Source: Macrostomum lignano
Taxonomy: Eukaryota
Assembly: GCA_002269645.1 (NCBI GenBank)
Contig: NIVC01000436.1
Coordinates: 377,551-441,550, forward strand
DNA length: 64,000 nucleotides
Reading direction: 5' to 3'
The notes under the pieces are model-generated. The model made no database searches. It was not told where the DNA came from and saw only the letters and a list, made by a program, of their open reading frames with translations. This document shows positions 1 to 10,481 of the stretch, piece by piece. Numbering within the stretch: the first letter of the stretch is position 1; every line of letters starts with the position of its first letter. Made by a program: the position numbers and the translations under genes.

Positions 1-18
1 ATAAACCCGTGATTTTAG

Positions 19-3000
19 CTTGAACGTGGAGGTGGACAAGACTCAGCGCTACGTGACAGAGATCAGCCAGTTGAAAAATGAAATCGTCGACAAAGACTAT
101 CAAATTCGCGAGCTGAATATGAATCTTAACCAGGCCCAATACGACAACAGCGGGATGAAGAAAGACTTGGAAACAAAGACTAGACTGGCTGAGGACTTGA
201 AGCGACAGTGAGTCGACTATTTTGAAATTTATTTTCAGTCGAAAGGAAATATAATTGCAAACATTACAATGTCTAAATTTTGTAGACTTGATCTAAGCAA
301 AAGCGAGTACAAAGACACCACCAATCGTCTGCAGATTGTGGAAGAGAAACTTTCTTTTCAGGAATCATTCACAGAAGAAGTGAGTAAAGCATGTTGACAA
401 ATAAATTTAAGCTTCAAATGATGTTGAGAAAGTTGAACTTAACCTACAGTATGCTAATAGACTATGACTTCTCCCGTAATCATTAGAAGGCATGGAACTA
501 AGCTTTGTGAGTATCTGGGTAAAGTTCAATATTTATAAAGTCGTGACTATAATGACCAGGAGAGGGTAGAGTCCGAGCTCCGCCATGACCAGGAGAGGGT
601 AGAGTCCGAGCTCCGCCATGACTAGGAGACTGTAGAGTCCGAGCTCCGCCATGACCAGGAGAGGGTAGAGCTCCGCCATGACTAGGAGACTGTAGAGTCC
701 GAGCTCCGCCATGACCAGGAGAGGGTAGAGCTCCGCCATGACTAGGAGACTGTAGAGTCCGAGCTCCGCCATGACCAGGAGAGGGTAGAGTCCGAGCTCC
801 GCCATGAACAGGAGAGAGGGTAGAGTCCGAGCTCCGCCATGACCAGGAGAGGGTAGAGCTCCGCCATGACTAGGAGACTGTAGAGTCCGAGCTCCGCCAT
901 GACCAGGAGAGGGTAGAGTCCGAGCTCCGCCATGAACAGGAGAGAGGGTAGAGTCCGAGCTCCGCCATGACCAGGAGAGAGGGTAGAGCCCGAGCTCCGC
1001 CATGACCAGGAGAGAGGGTAGAGTCCGAGCTCCGCCATGACCAGGAGAGAGGGTAGAGTCCGAGCTCCGCCATGACCAGGAGAGAGGGTAGAGCCCGAGC
1101 TCCGCCATGACCAGGAGAGAGGGTAGAGTCCGAGCTCCGCCATCAAAGGCATCCTTTAACAGTGACAAACTATAAATCACTAACGTATAACGACACCAAT
1201 TGCAGCGCATGGGCGAGCTCAAGCGTCGAATCGAGACCTACCTGATGCAGATTGCTGAGCTAGAAAACAAATGCGAACTGTCCGAAGCTCGAGAGGCCGC
1301 CTTCCCCGACCAGCTTCGCCAAGTGAAAGAGACGGCGGACGCCGATTTGCGCAAGTTTCAACGCGACACTGAGGAGTTCTACAAGGGCAGCATCCAGACG
1401 CTGCAGGAGCAGCTCGAGGAGGAGATTGGCGAGAACAAAAAACTGCAGGGCGAAGTTGAACGACTCAACGATAAGATTGTTGAGTACAGGAATCAGGTGA
1501 GAAATGCATTTGCAAGCATAGATGATTATTGGACCCCTTTGCGATTGGCTATGCTAAAGCTCAGTTCATGTGGCACACATTTCCATTTGGACATTTTAAT
1601 CACTAGCTCATCAATCGCAGGTTACGGAGCTGAAGTCTCAAATCACCATGCTGGAGCAGCAGAAGCGCGTTCTCAGCCAATCATTGGAGTCTGAACGTCA
1701 CCAGAACACGTACGCAATCAGCGGACTCGAGCGCAAGCTCAAGGAGGTCCAACAGGAACTGCAGGCCAAGGTGACCGAGATGAACCAGAAACAGGACGTG
1801 AGCGCCTCGCTCCGGGCAGAGCTGGACGCGATGCGCGCTCTGATTGAGGAGGAGGAGACCCGGCTGGGAATCCGGATCAGGCCGGCTGCGCCCATCAACT
1901 ATCCCGGAAGCGGTGGCAACGGCGGAGGCACTCAGCAGCAGCAGCAGTTGACAACAGTTACAACTGTAGTTGAAGCTACCAGTACGTCGAAGACTGCCGA
2001 GACAACAACAGCCGTTGTTGCCTCAACTCAGGTGGCAGGTAAAACTGAACAAACTAAAACCAAAACTTCGAACGCGGAGGCAACAAGCTCCTCAGAGGTG
2101 CAACACGACATTGCTGAGCAGAAGCGGCCGCAGTTGAAGCAGCGCGACTCGGACTGGCAGAAGATGAGGTTCCTCGCCGAGGAGACTCAGAAAGCTATGG
2201 CCAACAGCGGCGGCGGCGGCGGCTCGTCTGGCAGCTCGCAGGCCGGAGAGGAGGGCATGCAACTGGACCTGAACGAAGCGACTGCAGCGTCGGCCGACGA
2301 GGCGGTGTCGCCTAACGATGGCTACGACGAGCCGAAAACTCCGCGTGACAAAGTGGTCGGACCCGTGCTGGGCGGCAGTAGCAAGGGACCGGGCGTATCC
2401 AATGCCGTTGGACCTCTGGTTGGTGCTGGGGCGTCTGGCGACAAAGAAGCGACACCACCTAGGAGCGGGTCGAGTAAGTGCACTCTGTTTGCCTTACTCT
2501 GTTTAAACACCAATCTTATCTATCTCGCTTCGGATTGGCTTATCGTAGCATCCTGACAGCTTCAGATGATCGTAAACGTGCTTTGACCTCTTCACCATGC
2601 ACATGCATTTTCCTAATGATATCTTGCATTAATTAGTTCAATGAAACAATGCCCCTTTCTAATTAGGAGGGAGTTCATTTTGCGATACGAATCATTTTGG
2701 AAAACTTCTCATAAACAGGCAAACGTCGCTCTGCACGCAACGAAGGCGAGGGTCGCGACTACTTCGAGGAGTTGTTCGAAGACATCGACGATCGGATGGA
2801 GGAGGCAGGCGCAATGCAGCCGCAGCCTCAGGATACGTCGGTCATGCAGTCCAGGTGAGTCAAGACTTTTAATTAAGGTTACCTAGCGAAATAAGAGACG
2901 AGATCCTGAGATGAAATAGAGTGAGGCGAAGTAACTGATAGCTAAGTATATGATCAGGTGATTATTTAAAAAAAGTTAATATGCAACATGCATGACATAA

Positions 3001-6000
3001 AGCCGAAACCGCTGTGTTTACAACTGCCTCTAACACCCCGTCTACGAATATAGGAACTGAAATTGAACTGGAGCATGTAAAAATTCGGTTTCTCAAATGT
3101 GTTTTCAATTCACGATTGTTCACTAAAGTTGGATCAACTAATGTTGTTCATTTTCTGTTTTATTCAATAAGCTGCACAATTGCAGCTGCAGTACATCTCT
3201 AAAAGAAGCATTGAAAACTTTTTGCAGCGCCATCGGCGACATCAAGATTCTGGAGGTGAATCCGGAGGGAAAATTTGTTCGAGTTCTCAACTCCAATGAG
3301 AAAACGGTGAGAGATTGTAACATGTACTTAATGGACAACGTGGGGAACTCCTTCATTTGAGGAGAAATTCCCGGAACTGAATTCTGCATGCTCCCAGAGT
3401 TGAAAATCGAATTCATTCGGTCCCGTTCATTGGAGCTGGAATCCACTTTCTGTCCAGCCATTTACCAAACCGTTTAGCCTCTTTGTCCATCATCTTTTGC
3501 TGGCAGCTGTTATTTTGTCTCACATCCTACAGCAAGGGTCAACAAACTTTTTACCTCAAGGGCCGGATGAAGAAGTCAGCTCATGGCTATGGGCCAGTTG
3601 AGAGAAAAAAGGAGGGGAATAGAAGAGATAAGAAACAAAACAAGATGAGAAAACAGGGGAGAGACGAGAGAAGGAAGAGAAGAGAGAGGGGACAGGGGGA
3701 GAGGGAAGAGAGGAGAGGGAGATAGAGGGGAAAGAGGGGAGAGAGGAGAGAGGGAAATCTGGGAGAGAAGAGAGAAGGAGGAGAGAGGAGAGAGAGGGGA
3801 GAAGAGAGAGGGAGATAGAGGGAAGAGAGGAGAGGGAGATGGGAGATAGAAGGGAGAGAGGAGAGAAGAGAAGGGGAGAAGAGAGAGGGGAAGAGAGGAG
3901 AGAGGAGATAGAGGAGAGAGGGGAGAGAGGAGATAGAGGAGAGAGGCGAGAGAAGCTCTCTCTAGAGAGGGGAGTGGGGAGAGGGGTGAGGGGAGAGAGG
4001 GATAAGAGAGTGGGCAGTGGTGGGGAGCGGGGAGAGGAGATAGGAGAGAGAAGAGAAAAGACAAACATTAAGCGGGCCGGATTGCTATTGTGAAGTTTCA
4101 ATGGACCTGAGGGCCGGATAGAGAAGCTTCGCGGGCCGCATGTGGACCGCGGACCGGAGTTGTCCGACCCCTGTGACCTACAGCAAGTCCTCTGGTAATG
4201 AGTTCAATCCCAATTCTGTATACCCTTACATCACCACTTCAACTACCAGGAGGCCGAGTTCGGCAACTTCGCGGTGCAGCAAAACATCGGCGGCCATCCG
4301 ATCGCCGTGTTCCGCTTCCCGCCGCACACGAAAATCAAGCCGAACAGCACGGCGACAATCTGGGCCGGCTGCAATCCGCCAACCGAAGCGTTGCACCAGC
4401 CGCCTACAGATTTCTATTGGCGAGAATATGACCGGTTCAATACGGGGCCGGAGTGCACTACGGTTGTGTGCGAGCCAAGCGGACGGGTGAGACTCTTGTT
4501 TCTCTGTGACCCTTCTGATTTCTTTTAAAACGGTTACTTTCAGCATGCCTACATGCAACTATAATTTGTGCTTCAACCTCAAAGGCGGTTGTAGCCTAGA
4601 AAGGGGGTTGAAGCCAAGTGGTTACAACGTCAGACTCACGACTGAAACGTCGGGGGTTCGATTTTCGACCTACTCTGAAAAATTTGTGTCCTTAAGCAAG
4701 ACACCTAACTCTGCATTGCTTCAGTTCACCCAGCTGTAAAATGGATGCCAGCATTAGCTGGGGTAATTGAAGATGTGTGCCCCCCCCTCGCTAAGTCCTT
4801 GGACTGAACAGCCGTACGCAGCCTTCAGATGCGCCGCGCAATAGCTGCGGCTGAGCTGTCAGTTGCTGGAACAAAAATTATATTATTTTTCAACCTCAAA
4901 ACACTGACTTCACACCTTTAGAAAGATTGGGGGCAAGGGATCGAGGGGGTCCTTGTGGTAGCGCGTCTGATTATTTTACGCCGAAGTACCCTTTGACTCA
5001 GGCACGCAAGCACGATTTGGCATAAAAAAACCTTTATTATCAACTGCACCAGCTTCAGAAAAGTATGCGATTTGGACTTTGGACACGATCGTACGTCTCT
5101 CACTGAAACATGCGTCCCCGATTTTCCTCATATTACAGTCCATAGCCTGGACCACGCCGTACCACCGCTACTCAAAGGACGCCTTTCTTATTGTCACGCC
5201 GACAGCCTCGCAGAAAACGTCGGCTAGAGACCCATCTGAGGACTTTGACGGCCTTGAGGGCGAGCCAAAACTGCCGCAGCATCGAACCCTGCCGCGAGAG
5301 GAGCCTGCAACCTTGAGGCGGTGAGTTTAGTGCTTTTGGAAACAAAATTTATGACATTTAAAGACGACCTCATTTGGGACCTCATGTGCATGGGGCCTCT
5401 ACTAAAATTGATAGAAATAAAAAATGATACACCATGTGAAGTTTAAAGGTGCAGAATTGCTGTCTCAAAACGTAATTTACTGACCTATATTCATAGTTTA
5501 ATTGTACCCTACTTGCTCCCGCCTCAAAACACAGCGAGAAGACTATGCCCTGCTACGTGTCGTCGCGTCATCCACACGCCCAGCCAACCTGCAACAGCGT
5601 GCATCCGCGATGTGACTCGCCTCGCACCGGCCTGTGGGGCAACGATAATAGCTCAGTAAATAGGCAGTCGCGCTCGCAAATGACTCGAGTACCAGATCGA
5701 GTTCCTGGTGAGCGTATTTTTGGTTTTCATGACTCGTACATGTACTTCTTGCATTTTATATTGTATTGAATCACTGAATCAGTTACTTACGATGGGTTGA
5801 TGTGGCGAGGGATCGTTTTTACAAGTTCGAAACTTCGTCGAACAGTCTTATGGTAATTGTTACCTTCACTAGAGCAAAACTTCACAAGCTCGAAATTTCA
5901 CTATAAACGAATTCTTTAAGATTGCGTGTATACTAGCGAAAGTTGCTCGCAGGGCTTTTTAATGATGTGAAGTCTCGACTCGAGCATATGAAACGCGACG

Positions 6001-6386
6001 CCCACGTTTTGGGTGACAAATTAAAAATGATCGATTTAAAAGTCTTCATTGATATTTTTTGTTTAGCTTATTGGCTTACATTTGACTAAAGAGGTAGAAA
6101 ATATATTGGCTGTTTCTCCTATCCCTTGTGGAGAGTCTATAGCTATGGAGTTAATATTTTAAACTGCAGTTGCTAACCTGAAGACTTTAATTCTGCGTTT
6201 CTGCCTTTGCTTGAAGAGATCAACTAAAAATGGTATTGATAAAAATTATTTAACAGAGCGATTGTTGAATGCAATCTTATACCAGGTGAGCCGTACACTG
6301 GCAGCAGCAACCAGGTGATGGGCTTGGCCCGTGTCATGCACTATCAAGCCAGCCTTCGCAAAAGTGCCACTATTGGCAACAGAGCT
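19..6386 (+). CDS. Intermediate-filament protein with lamin-type rod and LMNTD1-like lamin tail domain (5' part outside window, 3' end uncertain)
   Basis: Phase-consistent GT-AG exons: 19-207, 286-379, 1206-1496, 1621-2473, 2719-2854, 3228-3306, 4250-4486, 5139-5320, 5535-5707, 6286-6386. Rod motifs NRLQIVEEKLSFQESFTEE and rod end LRAELDAMRALIEEEETRLG. LTD reads AIGDIKILEVNPEGKFVRVLNSNEKTEAEFGNFAVQQNIGGHPIAVFRFPPHTKIKPNSTATIWAG...HQPPTDFYWREYDRFNTGPECTTVVCEPSGRSIAWTTP. Confidence 0.88.
548..1143. repeat. Intronic minisatellite, ~27-35 bp unit (CCATGACCAGGAGAGAGGGTAGAGTCCGAGCTCCG)
   Basis: About 18 variant copies visible in the intron between IF exons 286-379 and 1206-1496. The minus-strand MAELGLYPL ORFs are translations of this repeat. 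Confidence 0.95.
3605..4055. repeat. GA-rich polypurine low-complexity tract (intronic)
   Basis: Almost only G and A on the + strand between IF exons 3228-3306 and 4250-4486. Confidence 0.95.
4603..4868 (+). mobile_element. tRNA-derived CORE-type SINE, copy 1
   Basis: tRNA-like head with A-box-like TGAAGCCAAGTGG and B-box GGTTCGATT, followed by GTGTCCTTAAGCAAGACACCTAAC...CAGTTCACCCAGCTGTAAAATGG resembling the MIR/CORE domain. A second similar copy lies at 52321-52607. Confidence 0.75.
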
Positions 6387-7473
6387 GTAAGTGCATATTG
6401 TCTTTTTTTCAATTACTGATCGTCTTGAACTGAATGCAGTTACTACTACTGTAGATAGATCTATATAGGCCGAATTCGACGCTTAATTACTTACTGAAAC
6501 ATTAACAAACTAATCCATCAGCCCGTTTTGTTGGGTCAATCGTATCGTATTACATGCGGACTTTTACCTTTTAACACCTATTAGCACTTTTATAATTGGG
6601 TGATTGGGTGTCCCAGAAGTAGTGCCACTTTTATGCGTGTAAAGGTGGTACGTTACACCTTTCTTCTGTGCAAGCGTAGAATTACTGTATCGTGTATATA
6701 TTTATATTTATATCTATATTTATATGGTCAAGGGTGCGCAAGCAAATGCCTAGAGCAGGAAGAATACATGCGAAAATCGGATTTTCTGTGCTTGAAAGCT
6801 AAAAAAGCTGCTTAGTCGGCCAATGCAAAAAGTAATTAACACTCACGTTCCTATACTAGTGGGGAAAGAAAATGGTGACACTTAAACTTTCATGACACCC
6901 CTCGTACAAATGTTAATATTTTATTAATTTACTTTAGCCAGTATAGTTATTTACGACTCGTAGAGAGGCCTTCAATATTTTATAAGTTTTACTTCTACAT
7001 GTACATGCAAAATTGTGTGTAATTATGTTCGTTCGCACACACGCACATTTGGGAGCCAGATGCATGATTGCCCTAATTTATATGTACATGCATGTACAAA
7101 TCACGACGAAACGATCCAGGTTAGGTAATGGTTGGGAATTATTGCATTATGCATGTTTGCGGTAATGTAATAATAAGCATATATTACTACAGTGTTTCTT
7201 AGGTACTGATATGTACAACAGGTGTGATTTTATTTAGCCCAACTTAAAGTCAATCATGCAATTAAATAAGTGAGCAATTTAATAAATTGATAGTAGATAT
7301 AGTTTCTTGAAAATCGACAGTTAATTATTATTTCAAATTTTTTAAGCAAAAGCCTAAATCTTTTCAATAATATTTTCTTTAAAAAAATTACTTGTAGACT
7401 ACAATTCCGCAAAAACGTTTATTATACCTTTAACACCACAACGACAAATTTATAACCATTAACATTTATGTAA

Positions 7474-8517
7474 TGAAGTACTGGTGTCTTGCTGCTTCCC
7501 AATCAGTTGCGAGAGCTGCCTACCTTGAGCTCCTCTGGGAAGTCTCCAGGTTGATCTAGTAGCGTCGGTAGTGCTGCCACCAGCTTCGCAGAGTCGCAGC
7601 CTTCGGTGAGGTGCTGAGCTCGTAGAAGCAAATAATTAAGACGAGAGAAAGAGACTCGCACTCCGTGCAGATTTAGCAGTTCTCGCGCAGAGGTGCCCAC
7701 CGTCAGCAGTCCCTGCCGGGCTGGTGCGGGGTGAGAGCGAAAGTGCTAGCTTCGGGCGATCTGAGCTGGCCTGCTAGCTGATAGCAGGAACAATCAGAGC
7801 CAGAGGCAGTCACGCGCAAAGTCGGGAGTCTTGGAGTTCAACTTAAGCGCAAACTTGGCACACAAACTTAGAGGCTTGAACTGAGAAAATCTCGGGCTCG
7901 AAAACAGGAGAGAAAGCCGGTTAACGGAAGGAAAGAAAGGCTTGTCTGAGCCAAGCCAGGAGAGGGGCTGCATTTATAGGGAGGATCGATTGCACCATAG
8001 CACGAAAGGCCCCCGCTGAGAGTCATAAGTGACTCTGTTGCTATTTTTAGCAACAAACAAGCGGGCCCTGCCTCAGAGGAGGCAAGGGGGGTCCGGGCGC
8101 ACGTGATCTCCCATAAACACGAGCCCAGCGTACAATGATGAAATCATTGCACTTTGGACTAAAGAAGGAAGAGGGCCTTGTCATGTGACTGACTCACATG
8201 ACAAGGGGAAAAGGCCCACAAGTGAAGGCACTCGTGACCGTGGGACCGGAAAACAGGAAGGCACTCCAAATTTGGAGATGCCTGACAGAGAACGAAACAG
8301 AGGCAGGCCAGACCAAGCTGTCTGGGCACTGCAAAAAGGGAAAGCGAGACAAAAGGGGCAAACGAGGACAAACAGACAGACAGACAAACGGGCAGAGGAC
8401 AGGCCAGGGACAGGCGGGAGGGACAGGCAACTGCCCAGCGGCAGACAGAAACCAGGGGAGAAGGCGAGGGCAACAGCTGACTAGTGCGGCGCCTAACTAA
8501 ACTAGCGACTCACTACA
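7474..8517 (-). repeat. 3' LTR (1044 bp)
   Basis: Matches 16504-17549 except for two 1-bp homopolymer indels seen by eye. TATA-like CTATAAATG on the minus strand near 7970-7978. Confidence 0.97.
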
Positions 8518-8529
8518 CTCTCCCCGTTC
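8518..8529 (-). promoter_or_regulatory. Polypurine tract (plus-strand primer)
   Basis: Minus strand reads GAACGGGGAGAG immediately before the TGTAGTG start of the 3' LTR. Confidence 0.85.
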
Positions 8530-8919
8530 AAATAAAGAGGCGGAGTGAAGCGGCGCGCGCTTTATTTAAAACAAAGTAAACGTGAATTTACTGACAAAAG
8601 AAAACACACAAAATTTCAAATGCGCTCGTGAAATTGCGCGACTGGCCAGGTCGTAAAGATAGTGGCCTGATACCGCGGGGGCGCCAACCCGCTAATAGCC
8701 TGCGCCTAACTATTCCTCGTGCTCCAGCCCGCAAAATTAGTGCTCGAATTTGGTGTGGGGGCGCCGGCCCACCCTAGAAATGGCGCCTAAATATTGCGCG
8801 GGCGATACCTGAATACACAAGCCAACCGGCTTAAAATTCCTGCATAAGGGCGCTTAACTAGCGCGGCAAACGGGGCAGCTTCATTGTCAACAGGGCGTAC
8901 ATCAGCGTACGGCCGCCAA

Positions 8920-10062
8920 TCAGTCAAAATAGCACAGACGCGGAGTCATCAAGAGCATCGGCAGGTCTTCTTCCCCGCCGCCCATGAATCGGGCAACGCG
9001 GACGGCCGCCAGGTGGAGAGCGTACGGCCGGTTCGGCCGCTCCAGGTCGGGGCCGGCCAGGCCGACCGCCTCCGCGAATAACCGGCTCCTCTCCTCGGCC
9101 GTGGTTTGACGGAGCTCCGCCCAGATCGGGCCACCGAGGTCAACGATTTCTCCGCCTTGCCGAGCCGCTCTGACGAGTACAGCGCTTATCAGGTTGGCGC
9201 CGGCAGCGATGACGGTAGCTCGGTATTCCGGTATTGGCGACTCCGTTTGAGTGCCGGTATCGAGCGTTTCCGCCGGACGTTCGGGCGATGGTGGCGGGGC
9301 CCTGGACAGGGTGCGGCGCAGCGACGCGGCCAGGTCGGTCCAAACAGCTGAGGAGCATGCGGCCGCTCCCTGAGTGTCATCGGTCCAAGACATCGGAGAC
9401 GGGGCCGCGTCGGGATGCCTGGCGTCGTCGAGATCCCCTCCGCGTTCATCTGTTCCGCCGGGCCTGCCGTGGTGCTCCGACCCGACTCGCTCACGGGCCG
9501 CCGGCCGAGCCCCGTCGATGTCTGGAAGGGAATTGCGGACTTGGAGGCGGATGTCCGCCAAGCCCCGCATCACCTGCTGTTCCAGCTGCACGTAAGCCAA
9601 AGCGGCCGCGATCCGGTCGACCATGAGTGTCCGCGCAGTCGCGTCTGGCGATGGCGAGTCGCGCGTGAGGTCGATGACTTCGGGCGAGTGTCGTTGACCC
9701 CGAGCGGGGTGTTGAGCTGCATGGCTCTCCAGAACGGGCGAAGGGCTTCGCCTGGGTGCCGATGTTCGGAGTGGCCTCCCATTCCGCCTCTGGGGCTCGG
9801 GGGACGGCGTGCGACGGTGATGGCGCCGATCAACCTGGCGCGTCGGCCTCGCCGAGCCGTTGCCTTCAGCCCTGAGTCTCCGGTTAATTGTCTCCAGCGG
9901 GCGCCGCGGGATCCCCATGGTCTCTGGCGAGACCGGGGTACCAGGTCGGCGCCGGCTACGGCTAGGCCGCCCTTGCTCCGCATCGGACGAGGAGCTTGAG
10001 CTCACGTGGAGCGGACGCTTGTGCATTTCTGCGCTGCAAGGTTTTAATTTGTGCACACGCAT
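8920..10062 (-). CDS. Retrotransposon ORF3, 380 aa, non-env, unknown function
   Basis: Uninterrupted ATG-initiated ORF between pol and the PPT. No signal peptide or TM helix is evident. Arg/Ser/Pro-rich N-terminus, VIDLT and IVDL motifs, DTGTQTE motif, helical-looking C-terminus. Confidence 0.75.
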   Translation of the reverse strand: MRVHKLKPCSAEMHKRPLHVSSSSSSDAEQGRPSRSRRRPGTPVSPETMGIPRRPLETINRRLRAEGNGSARPTRQVDRRHHRRTPSPEPQRRNGRPLRTSAPRRSPSPVLESHAAQHPARGQRHSPEVIDLTRDSPSPDATARTLMVDRIAAALAYVQLEQQVMRGLADIRLQVRNSLPDIDGARPAARERVGSEHHGRPGGTDERGGDLDDARHPDAAPSPMSWTDDTQGAAACSSAVWTDLAASLRRTLSRAPPPSPERPAETLDTGTQTESPIPEYRATVIAAGANLISAVLVRAARQGGEIVDLGGPIWAELRQTTAEERSRLFAEAVGLAGPDLERPNRPYALHLAAVRVARFMGGGEEDLPMLLMTPRLCYFD

Positions 10063-10481
10063 GCGGGCGGTGCGACTAACGTACGTTTTGGCCCTAGGAT
10101 CGCTAATCAGAAGCCTCTCGGCGGCCTCCGATCCCTAACTGGCCTACCTACCACTACTGGTATAGGAGACGCTTCCACCGGAGTGGTGCAAGAAGGTGGC
10201 GCAGGAGACTGCGCCGCAGAAAAAGGTTCGGGAAGGGGGGACGCGTGGGCAGGTGAAAAAGAAGCAGCAGGTGCAGACGCATTCAAACCAGGCACACCAT
10301 CATGGCGATCACCATACGGCAGTGGCTCACGCCGAAATGCACTTGCCTGGTTCGCTGGTGTCGTGACCGGTCCACCTCCTGGCTGCACATCCGGGATCGC
10401 CAACGGCCGGAAGCGCCACCGGAAGGCCGGCCATGCGTCATCATCATCATCGTCCTCGTCGGATCGTCCTCCGGATCGGTG

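Noticed and set aside
533-1222. 229-aa and related minus-strand ORFs (MAELGLYPL repeats)
   Set aside because: Translations of an intronic minisatellite antisense to the IF gene; no splice or start context.
3483-4101. Ser/Leu/Pro-rich and Glu/Arg/Gly-rich ORFs
   Set aside because: GA low-complexity intron tract that lacks stops by composition.
8159-8500. ORFs inside the LTRs (duplicated at 17191-17532)
   Set aside because: Short overlapping ORFs in a purine-skewed LTR with no recognisable motifs.
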